A stretch of 64,000 nucleotides of DNA, taken from positions 22,411-86,410 of the forward strand of contig DATAEH010000081.1 in assembly GCA_036258115.1 (NCBI GenBank). The letters are read 5' to 3'. Shown here piece by piece: positions 56,498 through 64,000 of this stretch. Position 1 is the stretch's first letter; each line of letters opens with the position of its first letter. The position numbers were made by a program, and so were the translations under genes. The stretch comes from Streptosporangiaceae bacterium (GTDB lineage: Bacteria > Actinomycetota > Actinomycetes > Streptosporangiales > Streptosporangiaceae). The notes under the pieces are model-generated. The model did no database searches, was not told the DNA's origin, and worked only from the letters and a program-made list of their open reading frames with translations.

Positions 56498-57045
56498 CGA
56501 TCGCCGGGCGGGTCAGGCCCGCGCTTGTTGTAGCGGCCATCGCCGGCGTCGTCATCGCATGGGCGGCTGTGCCGGCCGCAGGGGGCAGGGCTGGTTTCAA
56601 GCCGGTGCTGATCACTGCGGTCGTGTGCGCTCTGTTCACTGTCCTGACGCTGCTCGTGCCTGCGCCAGGCGTCGCGCGTCGGGAGGCCTGGCTGACCGCC
56701 AGTTTCCTGAACCGGGCGGCGAGCAGCATCAGGACGCCGCCGTGGCCGCAAGGCCTGGTGGTTACGGTGCTCGGGCTTGAGGCGCTGCACCCGGCGCGGC
56801 CCTGGCATACCGCCGTGCTCGGAGCGGTCCTGCTCGGCTTCTTGCTGACCCTGCACCTCGCGGTGACCGCCGCCGGGCCGTCGGTGTTCCGGCCGCAGCT
56901 TCCGCTGCTGGCGGCCGGGTTCGGCCTCGCGGCCCTCTCGGCCGGCGCGGCCATGGTGCCCGCTCTTGGCGCCGGATCTGGACTACTGGCCGTGATCGCG
57001 GCGATCGCCGCCGTAGTGGTGGCCGCGCTGGCTCTCCCGCTCTAG
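56494..57045 (+). CDS. hypothetical polytopic membrane protein
   Basis: 183 aa with about 5 TM helices. Its ATG overlaps the MoxR-DUF58 stop (ATGA). This is only the 3' part of ORF 55690..57045. Confidence 0.55.
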   Translation: MTIAGRVRPALVVAAIAGVVIAWAAVPAAGGRAGFKPVLITAVVCALFTVLTLLVPAPGVARREAWLTASFLNRAASSIRTPPWPQGLVVTVLGLEALHPARPWHTAVLGAVLLGFLLTLHLAVTAAGPSVFRPQLPLLAAGFGLAALSAGAAMVPALGAGSGLLAVIAAIAAVVVAALALPL

Positions 57046-57878
57046 GCGGGTGCCGCGGCCGACGCGGGCGCCCCCGCGAGGGCGGCGATCTGGCCGTGGG
57101 TCGCGAACCACGGCCTGCCGCGTTCGCGCATGCCAGTGATCACCCGGTCGAGCATCCTGATCAGGTAGCCGCGGCCAATCGCTTCCGGGTGCATCGTGAG
57201 CGTGCAGAGCCGGCGCTCGGCCCTGGCCGATTCGTACTCCTCAAGCCAGATCCGCTCGACTGCGTCGGGGCTGGCGAGCAGCCCGCCGTGATACGGCGTG
57301 TAACCGAAGTACGGCCAGTCGCACAGGCTCCAGTGACCTGGTAGCTCGAGTAGCGGCGCCGCCCCGCTGACCTGCCAGTACGGCCGGTCGTCGGCCATCA
57401 GGCTGCTGTCGTAGCTGAGGCCGTGCTCGCTCAGCATCGCCAGCGTCTCCGGAGTCAGTTCCCAGCCAGGCGAGCGATAGCCGATCGGCCGGATCCCGTG
57501 CCGGTCGAACGCCGCCAGGCCCCGCTCCAGTTCGGCTCGCTGGCCGCTTTCGTCGAGGCTTTCCGTGCCCAGGTGCATGTAGCCGTGGTGGGCGAACTCA
57601 TGGTCACCGCCACCGATCGCGGTGATTACCTCCGGATGCTGCTCGACGGTATATCCCGGTATGTAAAACGTCCCCGGTATCTGATGGCTGGCCAGCAGGT
57701 CCAGAACCCGGCCAAGACCGCGTTCCGGACCGAACCTGCCTTGCGAGAGCATGGTCAGGCGGCGGCCATACTCGGGACCTTCGCCCCGCCAGGGTGTCTC
57801 GCCATCGACGTCAAACGTGAGCGCGACGGCAACGTCTGCGCTATCTGGCCAGGCAGGGAACTCTGCGCGCGTGATCAC
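57042..57878 (-). CDS. polysaccharide deacetylase (NodB homology) family protein
   Basis: LTFDVDGE, GTFYIPG and EFAHHGYMH motifs. Confidence 0.85.
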   Translation of the reverse strand: MITRAEFPAWPDSADVAVALTFDVDGETPWRGEGPEYGRRLTMLSQGRFGPERGLGRVLDLLASHQIPGTFYIPGYTVEQHPEVITAIGGGDHEFAHHGYMHLGTESLDESGQRAELERGLAAFDRHGIRPIGYRSPGWELTPETLAMLSEHGLSYDSSLMADDRPYWQVSGAAPLLELPGHWSLCDWPYFGYTPYHGGLLASPDAVERIWLEEYESARAERRLCTLTMHPEAIGRGYLIRMLDRVITGMRERGRPWFATHGQIAALAGAPASAAAPA

Positions 57879-58025
57879 AACCGATAGTCCTTATCTGGGC
57901 GCGCACCCCGCGCGGATGCTTGCCCGCCGGGGTTCAAAGTGGCACGAAGTAGCAGGCAACGGTGTGCGGTTGGCAGCCGACACGTTTGTGCATGCAACCG
58001 ACGATCGCACATTAATGCGGCGTGA

Positions 58026-59003
58026 TCACGTCCGGTCCGGCGCGGGCGGATCAAAGGAGGCAGCGGGCAGTCGCGACCCTGCCTGGCTGGGCGGTGACAG
58101 CACGGGTGGTCCGGGCGGCGGCGGGGCGCGCCTGGCATTAACGTCGACGAGCCAGGTGATCGCCGCGGCCAGCACCAGCAGGATCCAGATGTTCGCGGTC
58201 GCGATCTGCACCTCGTGCCAGCGCTGACCGAGGAAGATGTTGGCGTCCCAGAGCACGTGCACGACGATTAGCGGCAGCACGCTGCCGGTGCGCAGGTATA
58301 GCCAGACGAAAACGGCCGCCCATGTCGCGATGCCGATCACGCCCGGGCCGTAGTAATCGTGATACGAACACCGCAGCAGCACCGCAACCAGGAGGATTTC
58401 GGCCGTCGGACGGCGCGCCTGGCGGAGCGTGGTTACCACGAAGGCCAGCACGACGGTCTCTTCGACAAGGCCAGCGGTCAGCGAGGCAGCCAAGGTGTAG
58501 ACCAGATAGGCGGCGTCCTGGTGGGCTGGCTGAGCTAGCTTGTTGCCCATGGCTACGGCGCTGGTGATCGCCCCGCCAGCAAGCAGCGCTGCGATCGCCC
58601 ACACTCCGATCCGCAGGCTCTGTGCCGCGCCGATACGCCCGTCCCACCTGCGAGGCCAGCTGAATCCAAGCCACGACGGCTTGATCCCGCGCCTGCCGGA
58701 AAGCAACACCGTCACGAGGATGGCGAGCACGCAGGTGCCAAGCGCGCCAACCGATGCCGGGGTAAAGACGGCCCAGCTTCCTGACGGCCGCGGGTAGCGG
58801 CGAGCTAGCGTCTCGCCGCCCGCGATCACGCTTGCCGCGAAAAACGCCGCGAAGACAAGCAGAACCTCGGCATAAGCGCGGCGAGCGGTTATCGGCGGTG
58901 CAGGGGGCGGCGGCTGCGCCGACCACCAGTGCGCTCTGGCTGGGCGGCCGACTGGACCCGGCCAGACATCGGGCTGGGACTCCATGTCGACGCTGCCTTC
59001 CAC
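58026..59003 (-). CDS. CPBP family intramembrane glutamic endopeptidase
   Basis: GLVEETVVLAFVVTTLR (EExxxR), SYHDYYG and VVHVLWDANIF motifs in a multi-TM protein. An alternative ATG lies at 58985. Confidence 0.8.
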   Translation of the reverse strand: MEGSVDMESQPDVWPGPVGRPARAHWWSAQPPPPAPPITARRAYAEVLLVFAAFFAASVIAGGETLARRYPRPSGSWAVFTPASVGALGTCVLAILVTVLLSGRRGIKPSWLGFSWPRRWDGRIGAAQSLRIGVWAIAALLAGGAITSAVAMGNKLAQPAHQDAAYLVYTLAASLTAGLVEETVVLAFVVTTLRQARRPTAEILLVAVLLRCSYHDYYGPGVIGIATWAAVFVWLYLRTGSVLPLIVVHVLWDANIFLGQRWHEVQIATANIWILLVLAAAITWLVDVNARRAPPPPGPPVLSPPSQAGSRLPAASFDPPAPDRT

Positions 59004-59018
59004 GTCAATTATCTGCCC

Positions 59019-60875
59019 TTACCTGCCGACCGCGTACCCCTGCATGCCGCGCGCGTTGGCTCCCGCGCGCAGGAATCCCCCGTCTATCGTGACCGCGCTG
59101 ATGCGGCCGAGCGACCACGGCGGCGAAATGGCCGTCTGGTGGCCCCGGCCCGCCAGATCGTCGACAACGCGCTGGCTGGTTCGCGACTCGACGGTGAGCG
59201 AGCGCGGGATCGAACCGCGCGGATAGAACGAGGAAGGGAAATGGTCTGTGTGGTAGGCGGGAAAGTCGATCGACTGCTGCAAATTCATGCCGTACACGAC
59301 ATGGTTAAGGAAGAAGCCCATCGTCCACTGATCCTGCTGGTCTCCGCCCGGCGTCCCGAAGGCCATGTAGGGCTCGCCGTCGCGCAGAACCAGGCTCGGC
59401 GACAAGGTCGTCCGCGGCCGCCGCCCAGGGGCCAGCGAGCTTGCGAACCCGGGCGTCAGCGCGAACATCTGACCCCTGGTGCCCAGGCAGAACCCTAGCC
59501 CAGGAACGACAGGCGAGCTCTGCAGCCAGCCGCCGCTGGGAGTCGCCGAGACCAGGTTCCCGAACCGGTCGGCGATGTCGAGATGACAGGTGTCGCCGGG
59601 ACCGAGCGACGCGGTACCAAGCGGGGCCGCGCGCTGCGCGGCGAGTCCGTGCCCGGCTGTGCCGAGCGTGGGCTCGCCAGTTCCGCTGGCCAGCGCGGCG
59701 ACGGATCCGCCAGCGACCGCGTAACCCGGCAGCCCTGGCTGCCGGCCCCCTGGCGAGCCCGGCACCAGTTCGCCCGCTGCCTTGTCGGTCATGAGCAGCC
59801 TGCGCTCGTCGGCGTAGGCCGCCGACAACAGGTCCGCGACCGGAACGTCACTGTCGCGCGGGTCCCCGTACCAGGCCTCACGGTCGGCGAACGCAAGCTT
59901 GGCCGCCTCGGTCACCGTGTGGATGAGCTCGGTGCCGCCGGGCCGCAGGTCGTCAAGGTCAAAGCCGTCAATCAGGGCGAGCTGCTGGCAGAAGACTGGC
60001 CCCTGGCCCCACGGGCCCGTCTTGCACACGGTCAGTCCGCGGAAACCGAACCTGACCGGCTCCTCGACGCTCGCTCGCCATGCCGCCAGATCAGATCCGC
60101 GAAGCAGGCTGCGGTTCGGCCGCCCGGTGACGTCCATGATCTCGGCGCTGGCGACGAAGTCATCGATCGCCGCCGCGACGAAGCCCTCATACCAGGCTCG
60201 TCTGGCCGCCTCAATCTGCGCGTCCCGGTCAGCGCTCGCAGCCTCGGCCTCGGCGAGGACGCGGGCATAGGTATCCGCGAGAGCCTTATTGGCAAAACGG
60301 GCCCCCGCGGCCGGTGTCCCGTCAGCCAGGTAGATCTCCGCCGAGGTCGGCCAGTGCGTGGTAAACGTCTGCGACATCGCGTCAATAGCCGCGCTCGCGC
60401 CGGGAAGCATCGGGTAGCCGTCTGCGGCGTAGCCGATCGCATGCCGCATCACCTCCCTGAGCCCGAGGCTGCCATACCGCTGGAGCAGCAACATCCAGGC
60501 GCCAAACGCGCCGGGGACCATAGCAGGAAGCAATCCGTTGCCCGGGACCAGATCGATGCCAAGGGAGCTGAACACCTTGAGCGTGGCAGCGGCGGGCGCG
60601 ACGCCCTGGCCATCGATAACGAACTCACCCGCTTCACCCGCGCTGTAGCCGATGATCGGCACCTCACCGCCCGGGCCGTTCAGGTGCGGCTCAACCACCT
60701 GCAGGACCAGACCGGTCGCCACCGCGGCGTCGAAGGCATTGCCGCCTGCCTCCAGCACAGCCATCCCGGCTCCTGAGGCCAGCCAGTGGGTGGATGCCAC
60801 CATGCCGAAAGTGCCCGCCAGCTCCGGTCTCGTGGTGAACTCTTGCATTCCGGCCACCGGCGACTCCGATCCCAT
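59019..60875 (-). CDS. gamma-glutamyltransferase family protein
   Basis: GMVASTHWLASGAGMAVLEAGGNAFDAAVA, and a catalytic Thr in the context GDTCHLDIADRFGNLVSATPSGG. The start (60875 or 60848) is uncertain. Confidence 0.88.
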   Translation of the reverse strand: MGSESPVAGMQEFTTRPELAGTFGMVASTHWLASGAGMAVLEAGGNAFDAAVATGLVLQVVEPHLNGPGGEVPIIGYSAGEAGEFVIDGQGVAPAAATLKVFSSLGIDLVPGNGLLPAMVPGAFGAWMLLLQRYGSLGLREVMRHAIGYAADGYPMLPGASAAIDAMSQTFTTHWPTSAEIYLADGTPAAGARFANKALADTYARVLAEAEAASADRDAQIEAARRAWYEGFVAAAIDDFVASAEIMDVTGRPNRSLLRGSDLAAWRASVEEPVRFGFRGLTVCKTGPWGQGPVFCQQLALIDGFDLDDLRPGGTELIHTVTEAAKLAFADREAWYGDPRDSDVPVADLLSAAYADERRLLMTDKAAGELVPGSPGGRQPGLPGYAVAGGSVAALASGTGEPTLGTAGHGLAAQRAAPLGTASLGPGDTCHLDIADRFGNLVSATPSGGWLQSSPVVPGLGFCLGTRGQMFALTPGFASSLAPGRRPRTTLSPSLVLRDGEPYMAFGTPGGDQQDQWTMGFFLNHVVYGMNLQQSIDFPAYHTDHFPSSFYPRGSIPRSLTVESRTSQRVVDDLAGRGHQTAISPPWSLGRISAVTIDGGFLRAGANARGMQGYAVGR

Positions 60876-61203
60876 TGTGATCAATTGAGCACGCGCTGCA
60901 CATATGCAGAACATGCCATCCACAGAAGGATATTCACGCCGGCTGACCTCGTCCTTGCCCGGCTGCCTCAACCGGCCACCTGCGTGCTTTCGTAGCATCC
61001 GGGCGTTTTCGCCGGTGAGATATTCCGTCTAATCATCCGTCGCCGGCCTATCGGCCATTTGCCGCCAGGTCCCTGGGCAGCCGTACCACGGGACCTGGTC
61101 TCATTTTATTGACGGCCGCTTTCCTGACCCATTCCTGCGTTTTGAATACGCGCCATTCGAGGGCGATCGTGCCCGTGACCCCGGCGGACCGGGCCAGGGT
61201 AAT

Positions 61204-62742
61204 GTGCCCGGCATGGCTGAGACGAACCCCCGGCTGCGCGCCGTCTGGGACCTGTCCGTCGCCGAGGTGCGTGAGTACTGCGGCCGGCACGAGTACGACG
61301 GCCAGATTCAGGACATGTCCCCCGGCGGCGTCATGACGGGACTGCGCAAGCTGGGGGAGGCGGCCGGCAATGGCCGCCTGGACGACGAACACGATGACGC
61401 GCAGCTCGGCGTCTTCGAGCGCGCCGCTCAGGTCAGGTTCGGCGACCTTGAGTTGCACAGGAGCAATCCGTACTTCCACATCGGCAACATGGATCTGGCC
61501 TGCTATGACCGTGAATACGCGCCGCAGGCAGAGCGAGACCAGGCCCGCGCGGCTCACCTCGCCGCATGGCCGGATGCCGTCGATGCCGCGATCGCCTCCC
61601 TTGACGCCGTCACCGCTCCAGTGGGCCAGGCGCTGGCCGGGGCTGCCAGAGGACTCGCCGCGGGTATCCCCGCGGGCGCGGACCAGGGAGTTGCCGAGGC
61701 TGCCAGAACGGCCCATGCGAGGCTGGTAGCCCACCTGGACCAGGCAGCCGCCAACGGCAGCCGGGATGCCGCGCTGGGCGGTCCGGCGCTCACGGCGCTG
61801 ATGGGCAGCGCCGAGGGAGTCGAACTCGACCTCGGCAAGCTCGCCGAGCGAGCCGATGCCGAGCGGGATCGGCTCACCGAACGCCTCTAGGAGAGCTGCG
61901 CACAGGTTGACTCCACCAGGCCGGCCCTGGTGGTGGCGCGCGAACTAGTGCGCGAGCATCCGGACGCGGACGGAGTGATCGAGGCCGCGAAGACCTGGAC
62001 CGGCCGCGCGATTGACTTCACCCGCGATGCCAGGCTCGTGCCCTACAACGACGGCGAATGCCTGGTCATGCTCGCGCCCGAGTCGCGCCGCTGGGCGATG
62101 GCCATGATGTCGACGGCGGCTCCTGGCGAGCCAGAGGGACCGTCCCGCTACTACATCACCCCGCCGGATCCCTCATGGCCCGCACATGAGGCTGAGGAGT
62201 GGCTCGAGGTGTTCAGCGACACCACGCTGCCAGGCATCACTGTGCATGAAGTCGCACCCGGTCATTTCTCGCATGGCCGGGCGATTCGCCGAGCATCGAC
62301 GGAGGTCAGGCGCACGCTGCACTCGGAGGCGTTCGTCGAGGGCTGGGCGCACTACGCCGAGGAACTGTGCGTGGAAGAGGGCTTTTGCGGCGACGATCCG
62401 AGGTTCGCGATCGGGGTATGGCTGGAGGCCCTTGTCAGAGTCACGAGACTCGCCTGCGCGATCGGCGTGCACACCGCGGGAATGACCGTCGAGGAAGGCG
62501 CGCGCAGGTTCGAAGCCGACACGCACATCTCTGGCCAGGCCGCGCTGTCGGAGGCGAACAGGGCAACGTTCGACCCCAGCTATGGCCGCTACACCTGGGG
62601 CAAGCTCGAGATCATGGCGCTCCGCGAGAAGGCGCGAGCAGCGTGGGGACCGGGATTCTCGCTGCTGCGCTTCCACACCGCGCTGCTCGACCTGGGCTCG
62701 CCGCCGCTCGGACTGCTTGACACGGCCATTCGCCGGGGGTGA
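61204..62742 (+). pseudogene. DUF885 family (metallopeptidase-like) gene interrupted by one in-frame TAG at 61888-61890
   Basis: ORFs 61204..61890 and 61930..62742 are in the same frame, and the 39 nt between them contain no further stop. Together they total about 512 codons, with HEVAPGHF and the usual DUF885 C-terminal half. Confidence 0.7.
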
Positions 62743-62778
62743 CTTGGGTTGTCGCCGGGCGGCACTAGGGTTACTGCC

Positions 62779-63105
62779 ATGACCGATCAGGACGACCTTG
62801 ACGCGCTGTCCTCGCGTGAGCTCCACGACCTCGCGATCCGGCGGGCCCGCCATCATCTCGACGTCGGGTTCCTGTGGGAACTCCTGCGCGAGCTACCTGC
62901 CGGGGAAGCCATCGCGGGTCATCCGGACCATGCCGAAGCTGACGCCCTGCACCTGTCCGCGCTGATCGGTGACACGATCGACGCCGACGATTCCGATGTC
63001 GTCGACGCGCTGCGCCCGTTCTACCTGGACTACCTCACCAAGCACCGCGCGGACCTGCCCAAGCTGCGGCAGCACGCAAACGACAAGGACCCGGGAGCGG
63101 ACTAA
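62779..63105 (+). CDS. hypothetical acidic protein
   Basis: 108-aa ORF from the ATG at 62779. It is followed by a strong hairpin. No family recognised. Confidence 0.45.
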   Translation: MTDQDDLDALSSRELHDLAIRRARHHLDVGFLWELLRELPAGEAIAGHPDHAEADALHLSALIGDTIDADDSDVVDALRPFYLDYLTKHRADLPKLRQHANDKDPGAD

Positions 63106-63119
63106 ACCGCTCCCGGGTC
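63088..63119. terminator. bidirectional intrinsic terminator candidate, 13-bp perfect stem
   Basis: GACCCGGGAGCGG-actaaa-CCGCTCCCGGGTC followed by TTGATCT. It lies between the convergent genes 62779..63105 and yceI. Confidence 0.6.
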
Positions 63120-63141
63120 TTGATCTGGTGTTCCTGCTCAA

Positions 63142-63708
63142 TCAGGCCTGCAGGACCGCCTCGATCTCCAGGTGGATGGCGACCTTGTCGGAGACCACTA
63201 CGCCGCCGTGCTCCATCGCCGCGTTCCAGCTGACCCCGAAGTCCTGCCGGTTGATCTCCGCCGTTGCGGAGAACCCGGCCCGGGTGCCGCCATAGGCGTC
63301 AGGTCCGAAGCCGTTGAGCTCCAGCTTGAGCGGGACGCTGCGGGTCACGCCCTTGAGCGTCAGCTCGCCGTCGACGATGAAGTCGTCGCCGTCATGCCGT
63401 ATACCCGTTGACCGGTAGGTCATCAGCGGGTGGTTCTCGGTGTCGAAGAAGTCGGGCGACCGGAGGTGGCCGTCGCGCTGCTCGGCACCGGTCTCGATGG
63501 AGGCCAGGTCGATGTCCGCCGTCACCGAGGATGCCAGCACGTCGTCGGCCGTCACCAGTTCACCGCCGAACTTGGTGAACTTGCCACGCACCTTGCTCAC
63601 CATCATGTGCCGTACGGAGAAGCCGACCTCCGAGTGCACGGGGTCGATGGTCCAGGTACCTGCCACGTAACCGGGGATCTGGATCTCGCCCGTCTGCGTA
63701 TTCGTCAT
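63142..63708 (-). CDS. YceI family protein
   Basis: WTIDPVHSEVGFSVRHMMVSKVRGKF...LTLKGVTRSVPL is the YceI signature. Confidence 0.9.
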   Translation of the reverse strand: MTNTQTGEIQIPGYVAGTWTIDPVHSEVGFSVRHMMVSKVRGKFTKFGGELVTADDVLASSVTADIDLASIETGAEQRDGHLRSPDFFDTENHPLMTYRSTGIRHDGDDFIVDGELTLKGVTRSVPLKLELNGFGPDAYGGTRAGFSATAEINRQDFGVSWNAAMEHGGVVVSDKVAIHLEIEAVLQA

Positions 63709-63717
63709 GTCTCACTC

Positions 63718-63759
63718 CGTTGTGACTGTGTCGTTGTGACTGTCTCGTTGTAACTGCGT
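63718..63759. repeat. three tandem 14-bp direct repeats (CGTTGTGACTGTGT / CGTTGTGACTGTCT / CGTTGTAACTGCGT) in the yceI-marR intergenic region
   Basis: Read directly from the sequence. The array starts 10 bp from the yceI ATG. It is followed by the palindrome CCGGAGAT-G-ATCTCCGG (63767-63783). Confidence 0.85.
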
Positions 63760-63864
63760 CTGTGGTCCGGAGATGATCTCCGGTGTTTCGTTGAACAATC
63801 AACAAGTAGCACGTATTCCGAGAGTTGTCAAACGCTCAACTAGATCGGGTATCATGATGCCGTG

Positions 63865-64000
63865 ATGACGACCACACGCTGGCTCAGCGAGCAGGAACAG
63901 CGCACCTGGCGGCTGTTCCTGCAGGCGTGCGAGTCTGTCTTCGCCGCGACCGATGCCCAGCTAATCCGCGACTCTGGCCTGCCGCACGGCTACTACGAGA
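63865..64000 (+). CDS. MarR-family transcriptional regulator, N-terminal fragment (runs off window)
   Basis: MTTTRWLSEQEQRTWRLFLQACESVFAATDAQLIRDSGLPHGYYE resembles MarR N-termini that pair divergently with yceI. A GTG at 63862 is an alternative start. TATCAT at 63850-55 could be a -10 box for a near-leaderless transcript. Confidence 0.55.
   Translation, partial: MTTTRWLSEQEQRTWRLFLQACESVFAATDAQLIRDSGLPHGYYE

Noticed and set aside
57042-57045. Convergent genes sharing overlapping stop codons (CTAG)
   Set aside because: It is real in the sequence but a trivial consequence of compact gene packing, so it is not reported as a finding.
61048-62856. Minus-strand ORFs 61048..61734 and 62173..62856
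   Set aside because: They lie antisense to the DUF885 gene and have no recognisable domains.
1-64000. Scan for tRNA/rRNA genes, CRISPR arrays, transposases, integrases and long terminal inverted repeats
   Set aside because: None was recognised by eye. There are no T-loop-type GGTTCGAATCC motifs outside coding context, no regularly spaced repeats and no transposase or integrase-like translations in the ORF track.

Overview
High-GC (roughly 70%) actinobacterial chromosomal DNA, densely coded on both strands, with many 1-4 nt start/stop overlaps. All homology calls come from reading the supplied translations, with no searches run. Most genes are conserved housekeeping genes. One block resembles the mycobacterial Rv2689c-Rv2698 neighbourhood: TrmA-like methyltransferase, two trkA genes, DUF3710, dut, AI-2E transporter, DUF3093, DUF4235. 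Other calls include pncB (partial), YbaK, DUF3039, YqgE/AlgH, Trx-TPR, IcmA-like mutase, an ECF sigma pair, MarR, fumarylacetoacetase, TrpB2, recQ, globin-reductase, DivIVA-domain protein, rnhA, glgC-glgA, a GalT-family enzyme, GGT, CPBP protease and YceI. No tRNA, rRNA, CRISPR array, transposase or integrase was recognised. Points worth a second look: (1) an eight-gene divergent locus at 48.7-57.0 kb, where a double ABC-2 exporter sits back to back with a DUF4129/MoxR/DUF58 membrane module and MoxR and DUF58 form one 819-aa ORF; (2) an HTH-fused citrate-synthase-like gene facing a homocitrate/isopropylmalate-synthase-like gene across an AT-rich array of ATTGAY half-sites; (3) a DUF885 gene interrupted by a single in-frame TAG; (4) a decaying accessory patch at 7.8-10.4 kb with a frameshifted AbiV-like gene, a motif-less ABC NBD-like ORF and a nitroreductase remnant; (5) two convergent genes for very large disordered proteins; (6) several perfect palindromes and tandem repeats in intergenic regions. 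None of these is proven to be a new system.
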